Of a stretch of DNA of 32,980 nucleotides, positions 18,045 to 26,552 are shown in pieces (positions within the stretch are counted from its first letter, which is position 1; every line of letters starts with the position of its first letter). Where the stretch lies: NCBI GenBank assembly GCA_049451655.1, contig JBMTVS010000003.1:1-32980 (forward strand), read 5' to 3'. The position numbers and the translations under genes are program-made. Origin of the DNA: Kiritimatiellia bacterium. Lineage in GTDB: Bacteria > Verrucomicrobiota > Kiritimatiellia > CAIVKH01. A model generated the notes under the pieces. The model saw nothing but the letters and a program-made list of their open reading frames with translations. It had not been told where the DNA came from and searched no databases.

Positions 18045-18875
18045 ATGTCCGAAAACGTGCAAACAACCACGCCGGATACCTGGCGCGCATGGAAGAAACA
18101 TTGTGCCGCGGAGCGATGCGGGGAGGCGGAGGCCGCGATGCTGCGCCGTTTCGGTTCGGCGCGATTCTCCTATTATGTGCAACGTTATGCTGACCGGGTG
18201 GGTCATCGGGGTGGAGCGCTTCGGGTGGCCGAGGCAGCGGATGGCTGGAACTTGCTCGAGTCGCATGTCCAGATTTCAAAAACCCGGCCAGGAAAACGCT
18301 ACAAGGATTGGTTGTTCGCCAGGGCGAAACGGGGCGGCCCGGATCATTTTCTTGCTCTGATGGAGAGCGGGGCCACGCTATTGATGCGCACGGTGGTAAG
18401 GATTTATTTGCGCAAGGAGCATCACGCGCGATTCATGGCCTCGCTACAGGCCCCGCGTGGTGGCACCGACGGCGAGGGGACATACACGCTGGAGGATCTA
18501 ATCCCGGATGCGAGCGCGCACCCGGCGGATGAAGTTTCGGAGCGGGAGTGGCGTGAATTGGCCATCCGGCATGCAACGGATTTTTTTGAGACGATGGAAT
18601 TCCGGGAAGTTGTGACGCTGTGGGCGCGTGGCCGGGGGATTAATCTGTGCGATCGCAGACTGTTAAATTGGGCCGGTTACAGCGAAAGCGCGCTCTATAA
18701 GGAATACCGGAAATTTCTGGAAAAGATGGGGTCGGTGATAAAAAAGTTTTACCCCGAGGAAAGTCCGGAAGCCCTTGTCAGAATGGGGGTTATGATTCAC
18801 GAAGAACTGGGTGTGATGTGCGAGAAAAAAATTTCCGTACAAAAAGGCGTACCTCGTTGCTTTAGGAAAGCATGA
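18045..18875 (+). CDS. Divergent sigma70-family (alternative sigma-like) protein
   Basis: Region-2-like ATLLMRTVVRIYLRKE; region-3.2-like SLQAPRGGTDGEGTYTLEDLIPD...PADEV; region-4-like REVVTLW...AGYSESALYKEYRKFLEKM. Confidence 0.55.
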   Translation: MSENVQTTTPDTWRAWKKHCAAERCGEAEAAMLRRFGSARFSYYVQRYADRVGHRGGALRVAEAADGWNLLESHVQISKTRPGKRYKDWLFARAKRGGPDHFLALMESGATLLMRTVVRIYLRKEHHARFMASLQAPRGGTDGEGTYTLEDLIPDASAHPADEVSEREWRELAIRHATDFFETMEFREVVTLWARGRGINLCDRRLLNWAGYSESALYKEYRKFLEKMGSVIKKFYPEESPEALVRMGVMIHEELGVMCEKKISVQKGVPRCFRKA

Positions 18876-19615
18876 AATTTCCATCCTACAATTTAACGCG
18901 TCATCCCGGGCGCGGCAGGGAACGGGAGAAGTTGGCCGCGTGGCTGGCGGAGCGCGAGCTGGACCAGCACCTGGGCGGCGATGAGCCGCCGGTGAAGGCA
19001 TCAAACATACTGCGGTATGAAATGCAAAAAGACCGCGCTACCTCTGTGCCATTCCAGGCTGGTGACATCGCGCTCTTTAAACCGGCGACGAATGAATCAA
19101 GGGCGTGGGGACCGGTATATGCCTTTTTACTGGAGCGGATCGCGGAAAAGGGTAGATGGCTCGCAGTCCCTTTTTCGCGTTATGCGATGCCGGCGGTACC
19201 GGGAGAATGGCGAACGAAGCTATCGGCGGATGCTCTGCAGGTACTTTGCATATGGAATGCGCGAGAAGTGGTAGAACGAAGGTTTCTGCCCGGAGCGGTC
19301 AAGCACCTGCCTGATGAGCAACGCGAGCGGATTCGCGGCGTGTATCGCGAGGTGTTCGGGTTTCGGGATAGTGCTACGACCGCGTCTTTCAGTGATGATT
19401 TTGGCCCGCCTCTTTTGCATCCGGTTGATCCGCGCTACGCATATCTTGATGAGGAGCGCGTAAGATTGGATGAACACACCGGAGAGGCGGAGGCGCTTTC
19501 AGAGGATGAATCCGACGAGGAGGGTCCGCTTGAAAATGGCTTTTCACCAATTGAAAAGTCGGAGTGGTTATTGGCGGCCGAGGGTCGCCCGAAGTACGGA
19601 AAACCGCCGGATTAG
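18872..19615 (+). CDS. Hypothetical cytoplasmic protein coupled to the sigma-like gene (possible PemK/SH3-like core)
   Basis: ATGA overlap; GDIALF...GPVYAFLL...WLAVPFS pattern; GPPLLHPVDPRY and an acidic tail; no TM. Confidence 0.65.
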   Translation: MKFPSYNLTRHPGRGREREKLAAWLAERELDQHLGGDEPPVKASNILRYEMQKDRATSVPFQAGDIALFKPATNESRAWGPVYAFLLERIAEKGRWLAVPFSRYAMPAVPGEWRTKLSADALQVLCIWNAREVVERRFLPGAVKHLPDEQRERIRGVYREVFGFRDSATTASFSDDFGPPLLHPVDPRYAYLDEERVRLDEHTGEAEALSEDESDEEGPLENGFSPIEKSEWLLAAEGRPKYGKPPD

Positions 19616-20835
19616 CGGGTGGCAACGCGAAGCTTGGTTACGGCATGGCGCAGCGCTTCGCGAAGCCGGGCGTAATCCTCGTCCGTGGTGAAGCGACTTG
19701 AGCTGATGCGGATCACGGCGGCTGGTTGAGGCTGGTCGAGGCCCATCGCGGCGAGCACATGTGAGGGTTCGTGGGCACCAGAGGCGCAGGCGCTTCCCGA
19801 GGAGCAGGCCACACCGGCCATGTCGAGCAAAGCCAGCAGCGGCTCGGTTTCGATACCGGGAAAAATGGCCAGCGTGGTGTTGGGTAGCCGGGGCTGGTTT
19901 TTACCGGCGATGATGGCATCAGGAAACATTTCCAGCAGCCAGTCCTCGAACCCGTCCCGGCGCGTGCGCATTTCATCCGCGCCACCGCCCTTCAACCATT
20001 CTGTTGCCTCTGCCGCAGCCGCCCCGAGCGAGACGATCGAGGGTACCGCCTCCGTTCCCGGACGCAGCCCGCCTTCCTGCTCTCCACCCAGCAATAGCGG
20101 TGAAAATCCGGCTGTATCGCGGATGAAAAGAGCTCCTATCCCCTTGATGGCGTGAAACTTGTGTCCGCAAATCGCCGCCGAGTCCACCCCGGCGCCAAGT
20201 GGGGACATAGCAGTAATTATCCCGTCCGGCAATCCGTGTCCGGATTCCGTGACAGCGGACATACCTTCTATGTCCCCGCCTTGAAAGGGGATTTTTCCGG
20301 CGGCTTGGACGGCGTCAGTGTGGAGCCAGGCCCCAACTTCGCGGGTCAGTTTAGCGACCTCGTGAACCGGGTAAACGACACCGGTTTCGTTGTTGGCCAG
20401 CATGAGACAGACCAGAGCGGTGCGTTCTGTGATGAGGGAGGCGAGCTGGTCGAGGTCGAGGGCGCCATCGCGGTTTACGGGCGCGATATTAATTGTATGT
20501 CCCTTCTTCTCCAGCCGCGCCCGCCAGCCCCACACGGCGGCGTGCTCGACGGCGGAAAAGACCACTTCTCTCCGCTCAGGCCGGGCGGCCAGGGCGGCGT
20601 GGATGGCCATGGCGTTGCTCTCGGTGCCCCCGCTGGTGAAAACCAACGACGAAGAAGGGACAGACCATAAACCGGCGACCTGCTCACGGGCTTTTTTTAC
20701 CGCTAAAGCTGGTGTCCGCGCCATGGCGTGTGGACTGGATGGATTGCCATAATGCTCCCTCATATAAGGGAGCATGGCATCTACCACCGACGGGGTTACC
20801 GCAGTGGTGGCGTTATTATCGAAATAACTTATCAA
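19612..20835 (-). CDS. iscS: Cysteine desulfurase (NifS/IscS group I)
   Basis: YFDNNATT, YGNPSS, FTSGGTES, ANNETG, HTDAVQA, GHKFH (PLP lysine), SSGSAC (catalytic Cys). Confidence 0.93.
   Translation of the reverse strand: MISYFDNNATTAVTPSVVDAMLPYMREHYGNPSSPHAMARTPALAVKKAREQVAGLWSVPSSSLVFTSGGTESNAMAIHAALAARPERREVVFSAVEHAAVWGWRARLEKKGHTINIAPVNRDGALDLDQLASLITERTALVCLMLANNETGVVYPVHEVAKLTREVGAWLHTDAVQAAGKIPFQGGDIEGMSAVTESGHGLPDGIITAMSPLGAGVDSAAICGHKFHAIKGIGALFIRDTAGFSPLLLGGEQEGGLRPGTEAVPSIVSLGAAAAEATEWLKGGGADEMRTRRDGFEDWLLEMFPDAIIAGKNQPRLPNTTLAIFPGIETEPLLALLDMAGVACSSGSACASGAHEPSHVLAAMGLDQPQPAAVIRISSSRFTTDEDYARLREALRHAVTKLRVATR
20201..20277. repeat. 77-bp segment with 10-bp terminal inverted repeats, in frame within the desulfurase gene
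   Basis: GGGGACATAG (20201-20210) and CTATGTCCCC (20268-20277). Confidence 0.8.
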
Positions 20836-20841
20836 ACGTAA

Positions 20842-21807
20842 TCAGGGTGCTGACGTTTCCTCGCCCGTAGTCTCAACGTCCACTTCTGTTTCAGCAGCGG
20901 AATCCTCCGTCCCGGGCGCGGCTTCCGGTTCGCTAATAGCTTCTTCCCCGTCTTGGACTTCCCCGGCGACTTGCTCCTCCGCGACGAGTTCCGCTTCGAC
21001 CTGGTCGGCATCGCTGATCATCTCGTCGATTTCGGCGTCGGTAGGGGGCGCAGCTTCTGTGTCCCCGTCCAACGTGGCGGCCATGGCGGCTAGACGTTCG
21101 ATGGTTTGTTGGATGAGAACTTTCTGCTCTTCCTTCGACCGCTCGGTGGCTTCGGCAATAGCTTCGCGTTCCTCGACCAGGGCCATCTCGCGGCTGGCAA
21201 TTTCAGCGGTTTTTTCGTCGAGCACGTTCCGCACCTCTTCGCGGATCTGGTCTCGCTCGCCACGCACTGCAGTCAACTGCTCCTCAAACGTCCGCGCCAC
21301 GGTTTCCTGCGCGGAGCGATTGGCTTGAAGCTCCTGGCTGATACTTTGCGTGAGCCGCGCGGTCTCTTCACGGGTCGCTGCCACTTCGCCGCGTACATTG
21401 TCCAAACCGGCCGCTTGTTGATCCGCGGCCTCGGATAATGCGGCAGCCGAATCTTTCATGCTGGTCTCGACCGCCGATAGCGAACTGGCGGCGGTATCCA
21501 CCTTTTTGCCTTGCTCGGCGATCAGGTAGGCCACGCCTACCGCGACCAACACCGCTAATGTGCAGGTCAAAATAACATACCGGCTCAAGATGCCCTGTCG
21601 CTTGATGGCCTTGTGCATCTGCGCGATGGCCCGCTCCTGGCGTTCGGCCTCGCGCTGGCGAATCTCGGTCAGCTTGCGAAGCTGCGAAACCGCTTCATTT
21701 AATAAATCCGCCGATACCTCTACCCGGCCTCCCTCCGGCTTGACCACTTCGGCCGCGGCTTCTTCAATACCTGTAGATTCCAAATTTTCGTTTTTTTCTT
21801 CGCTCAT
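20842..21807 (-). CDS. Single-pass membrane coiled-coil protein with acidic tail
   Basis: SD AAGGAG; TM YVILTCTLAVLVAVGVAYLI; long heptad-like helical region. Confidence 0.8.
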   Translation of the reverse strand: MSEEKNENLESTGIEEAAAEVVKPEGGRVEVSADLLNEAVSQLRKLTEIRQREAERQERAIAQMHKAIKRQGILSRYVILTCTLAVLVAVGVAYLIAEQGKKVDTAASSLSAVETSMKDSAAALSEAADQQAAGLDNVRGEVAATREETARLTQSISQELQANRSAQETVARTFEEQLTAVRGERDQIREEVRNVLDEKTAEIASREMALVEEREAIAEATERSKEEQKVLIQQTIERLAAMAATLDGDTEAAPPTDAEIDEMISDADQVEAELVAEEQVAGEVQDGEEAISEPEAAPGTEDSAAETEVDVETTGEETSAP

Positions 21808-21862
21808 CGCGCTTCTCCTTATCTGCGAATGTAATCACTGCAAAGCTTAAGTTTTACAATAA

Positions 21863-21890
21863 AGCTTAGACCCAAAATCAACAAGGTCAA
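21863..21890 (-). promoter_or_regulatory. Putative promoter for the coiled-coil gene/desulfurase unit
   Basis: Minus strand TTGACC-N16-TAAGCT. Confidence 0.5.
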
Positions 21891-21980
21891 AGCCCTCGCC
21901 TAGGGTATTTGAGGCGACTTTTTAGCTTTTTTACTTGTCCGCCGTACAAGCTGCGTCACATAGTCCGCCCCGGTTAATCC

Positions 21981-23111
21981 ATGAGCAATCCCCTCGACAG
22001 CCGCCTCGCTTACATAGCGTTGAACATGCTGGACCAGATCGGCCCGGTTCGCACCCGTAAGCTCATCGCCGCCCTCGGTTCGCCGGAATCGATCTTTGCG
22101 GCCGGCGAGGATAAACTGGTTAAAATCCCCGGTATCGGACGCGACGTTGCCCGCTCGATTATCGAAGGCGGCGAAAAAGCCGATCCCGCCGCCGAGGAAA
22201 AGAAAGCCGCCAAACTCGGCCTGCGCATCATCACATTCCTCGACGACGAATACCCGCCCGCCCTGAAGGAAATCCACGATCCGCCACTCGCGCTCTATAT
22301 TAAGGGTGACATCCAACCCGCCGACCAACACGCCCTCGCCATCGTCGGCACCCGCCACGCCACCCATTACGGCTCCTCGGTCGCGGACCGCCTGGCCTAT
22401 GGCCTCGCGAAGGCCGGGTTTACCATCGTCAGCGGTCTTGCCCGCGGTATTGACACCATCGCCCATCAAGCGGCCCTCAAGGCAGGTGGCCGCACCCTCG
22501 GTGTGCTGGGCAGCGCCATCGACAAGTTCTACCCCGCGGAAAACAAGGAACTCGGCGACCGCATGGCGACGCAAGGCGCGATCATCAGCGAGTATCCGCT
22601 GGGCCGCCCGCCCGATCGCCAAACCTTTCCCTACCGCAACCGTATCGTCGCCGGCATGATCACCGGACTCATCGTAGTAGAAGCCGGCGAAAAGAGCGGC
22701 GCGGTGATCACTGCCAACGCCGCATTGGAGCAGGGACGCCACGTCTACGCGGTCCCCGGGCGCATCGATAATCCCGCCGCCCGTGGCTGCCACGCCCTCA
22801 TCAAAACCGGGGCAAAACTCGTCGAAACCATCGATGATATCCTCGATGACTTGCAGATGCTGCTGCCGAAAAAGATTGACCGACAAGCAACGGAGCTTAA
22901 AAAGACGCCCGATGTGATGCTCTCGCCCGAAGAAGCGGCGGTCATCAAGTCGCTCGGCGGGGGTGGGCGGCACGTCGATGAGATCGCCCGTGATTGCGGG
23001 CTGGCCCCGGCACGCTTGAATAGTTTATTGCTGGGGCTCGAAATGAAAAGGGTAGTGCGCACCCTGCCGGGACGCCTGGTGGAGTTGCGCGATGGATTAA
23101 ACGTGGGGTAG
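21981..23111 (+). CDS. dprA: DNA-processing protein A
   Basis: YPPALKEIHDPP, AIVGTRHATHYG, IVSGLARGIDTIAH, FPYRNRIVAG, VVEAGEKSGAVITA, C-terminal winged helix (LLGLEMK). Confidence 0.97.
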   Translation: MSNPLDSRLAYIALNMLDQIGPVRTRKLIAALGSPESIFAAGEDKLVKIPGIGRDVARSIIEGGEKADPAAEEKKAAKLGLRIITFLDDEYPPALKEIHDPPLALYIKGDIQPADQHALAIVGTRHATHYGSSVADRLAYGLAKAGFTIVSGLARGIDTIAHQAALKAGGRTLGVLGSAIDKFYPAENKELGDRMATQGAIISEYPLGRPPDRQTFPYRNRIVAGMITGLIVVEAGEKSGAVITANAALEQGRHVYAVPGRIDNPAARGCHALIKTGAKLVETIDDILDDLQMLLPKKIDRQATELKKTPDVMLSPEEAAVIKSLGGGGRHVDEIARDCGLAPARLNSLLLGLEMKRVVRTLPGRLVELRDGLNVG

Positions 23112-23120
23112 CAAAGACTT

Positions 23121-25661
23121 ATGTCAAAAAATCTGGTTATTGTGGAATCGCCGGCCAAGGCTAAAACCATCAACAAAATTCTCGGCAAGGATTATCTCGT
23201 AAAGGCCTCCATGGGGCACGTGCGGGATCTGCCGGAGAAGGAAATCGGCGTCGACCTCGAGAAAAACTTCAAGCCGAAGTATGTGAATATCTCTACCCGC
23301 GCGAAGGTGGTTAAGGAACTGAAGGAAGCGGCCAAAGGAGCCGAAACCATCATCCTCGCTCCCGACCCGGACCGCGAAGGGGAGGCCATTGCCTGGCATC
23401 TCAAGGCAGCGCTGAAAGGCGCGGTGCCCGAGGAAGGTTTCCAGCGCGTGACGTATAACGAAATCACCGCCCCCGCGATCCGCGAGGCCTTCGCCAACCC
23501 CCGTCACATCAACCAGCACAAAGTCGACGCCCAGCAGGCCCGCCGGGTTTTGGATCGCATCGTTGGTTACAAAGTCAGTCCACTGCTCTGGCGTCGCATC
23601 CGGGGTGCCTCCAGTGCCGGTCGCGTGCAGTCGGTAGCCCTGCGCATCGTCTGCGATCGCGAAAAGGAAATCTTGAATTTCAAACCCGAGGCCTACTGGC
23701 TCATCGGGGCACGCGTGAAAAAGCAAACCGCACCGACCGATCCCTTCGCGGTGCGGCTGGCCCGCATCGATAACGAAAAAGCGGAAATCAAATCCGCCGA
23801 GCAGGCTGAAGCCATTCGCCGCGATCTCGAAGGACGCAGCATGCGCGTCGCCTCGCTCGCCTCGCGCGAGATTTCCAAGCGTCCGCAGCCCGCCTACATC
23901 ACCAGTTCACTCCAGCAGGCGGGAAACCGCTTTTACGGTTTCGCTCCGACCCGAACCATGCGCATCGCCCAAAAGTTGTACGAGGGCGTCGATGTCGGCA
24001 ATGGCGTGGTCGGTCTGATCACCTACATGCGTACCGACTCGGTCAACATCTCCCCGGTGGCTCAACAGGCCGCGCGCGAATTTATCAATAACGAATACGG
24101 CACCGAATACTTGCCCGACCGCCCGCCGGTCTACAAGAGCAAGGGCGGGGCGCAGGAGGCACACGAAGCGATTCGCCCCACTGACGTCAACCTCACCCCG
24201 GAGAAGGTTGCCCACGCCCTCGACGCCGACGGCCTGAAACTCTACCGCATCATCTGGCAGCGTTTCGTGGCCAGTCAAATGGCCCCGGCCCGCATCGCCC
24301 AGCGTACCGCGGAAATCGAAGCGGTCAGCGAGAACCCCGGACAGGGACACAGCTATCTTTTCCGCGCCTCCGCCTCGGAGGTGATTTTTCCGGGTTACAT
24401 GAAGGTCACCGGTATCGAGAAGCAGAAGAAGAACGAGAACGAAGACGCCGAAGGCGAGGAAGAGGATATCGCACTCCCGCCGCTCACCGAGGGCGAGCCG
24501 CTGGATCACGTCGAGTGGCTGGAAGAGCGCAAGGAAACCCAGCCGCCGCCGCGCTTCACCGAATCCTCGCTGGTCAAGGCGCTCGAAGACAACGGGGTGG
24601 GGCGTCCCAGCACTTACGCGCAAACCGTCTCCACCATCGTCGACCGCGATTACGTCTCGAAGGACAAGCGCACCCTTAAACCGACCGACAAGGGTATGAA
24701 GGTGAACGACTTCCTCGTGCAATACCTGCCCGACCTGTTCGACATCGGCTTCACTGCCGCGATGGAGAAGCAACTCGACGACATCGAGGATGGTCACGTC
24801 GGTTGGACCGACATGATGGCCAAATTCTACGGCTCGTTTACCGGCTGGGTCGATCAAGCCAAAACCCCGCCCGCGAACATGGCGGTCATCGAAGGCTTGA
24901 TCGTGTTGCTCGGCGGGGTCAAGGAATGGGCGCCTGCCACCAAACGCGGCCGGAAGACCTACAGCGACGACGGCTTCGTGGAATCAGTCAAGGAACAGAA
25001 AGCCGCCGGCGACCCGCCCCTGACCGAACGCCAGCAGGAAGCGTTGGTGAAAATGGCCATGCGCTACAAGGACCAGTTACCGGAACTCGAAGCGAAATTT
25101 CACGACCTTGGCTTGGATGAGGAGTTGGTGAAGTTCCATGAAGCGACTCTGCCGCCACGTGCTGAAAGCTTGCTCAAGCTCGAACTCCTGCGCGGCGTCG
25201 AATGTGATCCGCCCCGCCAAGTCGGTAAGAAGACCTACGACGACAAGGAATTTATCACCTCGCTCGACCAACAGGTTCAGGGTGGTAAGCGCCTGAGCGA
25301 AAATCAAATCAAGTATCTCGATCGCCTCGTTTTGAAGTACGCCGAGAAAATCCCCGACTTCGAAAGCCGCAAGGACGAGCTAAAAATCGAAGAGGGGCCC
25401 GCGGTGGAAACCGATCCGGCTGCCGGCGAAATACTCGAGTTGCTAGGGAAAATCACCGCGTGGAAAGAACCGGTCAAGCGCGGCAATCGGGTATGGGATG
25501 ATCAGGAGTTTTACGCTTCGCTCAGCACCCAATTCCGGCAGAAGAAATCGCTCTCCCCCCGTCAGGTCGCGGCTATGCGCAAGATGGCATCGCGCTACGC
25601 TGCCGCCATTCCCGGTTACGGCGACCACGCCGAGCGGCTTGGTCTCAAGCCCGGCAAATAA
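23121..25661 (+). CDS. topA: DNA topoisomerase I
   Basis: LVIVESPAKAKTI, ASMGHVRDL, DPDREGEAI, SAGRVQS, LITYMRTDS (catalytic Tyr), AQEAHEAIRPT, GVGRPSTYA. Confidence 0.98.
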   Translation: MSKNLVIVESPAKAKTINKILGKDYLVKASMGHVRDLPEKEIGVDLEKNFKPKYVNISTRAKVVKELKEAAKGAETIILAPDPDREGEAIAWHLKAALKGAVPEEGFQRVTYNEITAPAIREAFANPRHINQHKVDAQQARRVLDRIVGYKVSPLLWRRIRGASSAGRVQSVALRIVCDREKEILNFKPEAYWLIGARVKKQTAPTDPFAVRLARIDNEKAEIKSAEQAEAIRRDLEGRSMRVASLASREISKRPQPAYITSSLQQAGNRFYGFAPTRTMRIAQKLYEGVDVGNGVVGLITYMRTDSVNISPVAQQAAREFINNEYGTEYLPDRPPVYKSKGGAQEAHEAIRPTDVNLTPEKVAHALDADGLKLYRIIWQRFVASQMAPARIAQRTAEIEAVSENPGQGHSYLFRASASEVIFPGYMKVTGIEKQKKNENEDAEGEEEDIALPPLTEGEPLDHVEWLEERKETQPPPRFTESSLVKALEDNGVGRPSTYAQTVSTIVDRDYVSKDKRTLKPTDKGMKVNDFLVQYLPDLFDIGFTAAMEKQLDDIEDGHVGWTDMMAKFYGSFTGWVDQAKTPPANMAVIEGLIVLLGGVKEWAPATKRGRKTYSDDGFVESVKEQKAAGDPPLTERQQEALVKMAMRYKDQLPELEAKFHDLGLDEELVKFHEATLPPRAESLLKLELLRGVECDPPRQVGKKTYDDKEFITSLDQQVQGGKRLSENQIKYLDRLVLKYAEKIPDFESRKDELKIEEGPAVETDPAAGEILELLGKITAWKEPVKRGNRVWDDQEFYASLSTQFRQKKSLSPRQVAAMRKMASRYAAAIPGYGDHAERLGLKPGK

Positions 25662-26444
25662 TCAGGCAGCGGGAGGTTCCGGAAACTTGCCATCGAGCGC
25701 ATTGCGGGCGATGGCGGTGACGTCGGGCGGAAAGCTGCTGGTGATCATCCAGCGCAGGAAGTTGGGCTCGTTTCTGGCCAGATCTTTGAGCAGTTTGCCC
25801 TGCTTTTTGCCGAAATTGATGATGACTTCTCCGTTGGACCACTTGAAGCGGCCCTTGCGATCGACCCAGCTCGGATCGCGCTGATCGCAAAACTCCGCAA
25901 GCGGCTCAATATCTCGGGGTAAATCCGGATACTTCTCGAACTGTCCTTCCAGCACGCGAACGGTGGCATCGACATCGTCCATGGCTCCATGGGCTCCGGT
26001 ATGCTCGTCGTCGCAATAGAATTTAAGAGCGGCGGTGAGGTCGCGGGGTTCGCGCTTGTGGAAAATTTTTTGCGCATCGACGATCCGGCGATTTTCCGTT
26101 TCGAACGGCACCGCCACGCGCTCGAATTCGGCCTCGAGAAGGGGGATGTCGTAGTGAATGACGTTGTATCCGCCGAGATCGCAGCCTTCGAGCAGATCGC
26201 GAATATGGGGAGCGACCTCGCTGAAGGTCGGACAATCTTTCACATCCTCGTCGGTAATGCCATGAATGGCAATCGAGTCGGCGGGAATCGACCGCTCGGG
26301 GTTAAACAGAAAGTGGTGGTTCTCCCGCTCGCCGCCGGGCAGGAGTTTGATAATGGCGAGTTCGATGATGCGATCGGTGCGGAAATTGATGCCGGTGGCC
26401 TCGATATCAAAAAACGCGATGGGTTTGTCGGTGATGAGTTTCAT
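25662..26444 (-). CDS. DEDDh 3'-5' exonuclease (DnaQ-like)
   Basis: ExoI FFDIEATG, ExoII GYNVIHYDIPLL, ExoIII AHGAMDD; C-terminal FGKKQG...FLRWM module. Confidence 0.92.
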   Translation of the reverse strand: MKLITDKPIAFFDIEATGINFRTDRIIELAIIKLLPGGERENHHFLFNPERSIPADSIAIHGITDEDVKDCPTFSEVAPHIRDLLEGCDLGGYNVIHYDIPLLEAEFERVAVPFETENRRIVDAQKIFHKREPRDLTAALKFYCDDEHTGAHGAMDDVDATVRVLEGQFEKYPDLPRDIEPLAEFCDQRDPSWVDRKGRFKWSNGEVIINFGKKQGKLLKDLARNEPNFLRWMITSSFPPDVTAIARNALDGKFPEPPAA

Positions 26445-26552
26445 GGGTCGTCGATTAACTCACGTTCAACAGGTCGAGGCAAGAAGAAGCTGGCGGCGCA
26501 TCGAGCGAGGCTTTCCTTTCGGCCGGGTTTACTCTATCTTTTGACTAAGACT

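Noticed and set aside
16230-19615. Prophage or ICE call for the ssb islet
   Set aside because: No integrase, structural, replication or conjugation genes and no flanking direct repeats seen
21900-22973. 357-aa minus-strand ORF
   Set aside because: Antisense shadow of dprA, expected from GC-rich codon bias; no recognisable motifs
23907-24857. 316-aa minus-strand ORF
   Set aside because: Antisense shadow of topA
21981-25661. dprA-topA adjacency as a novelty
   Set aside because: A widespread conserved arrangement; not by itself evidence of competence
25989-26552. N-terminal 188 aa of the 853-aa ORF
   Set aside because: Mostly antisense to the exonuclease; the lipoprotein signal begins at ATG 26553
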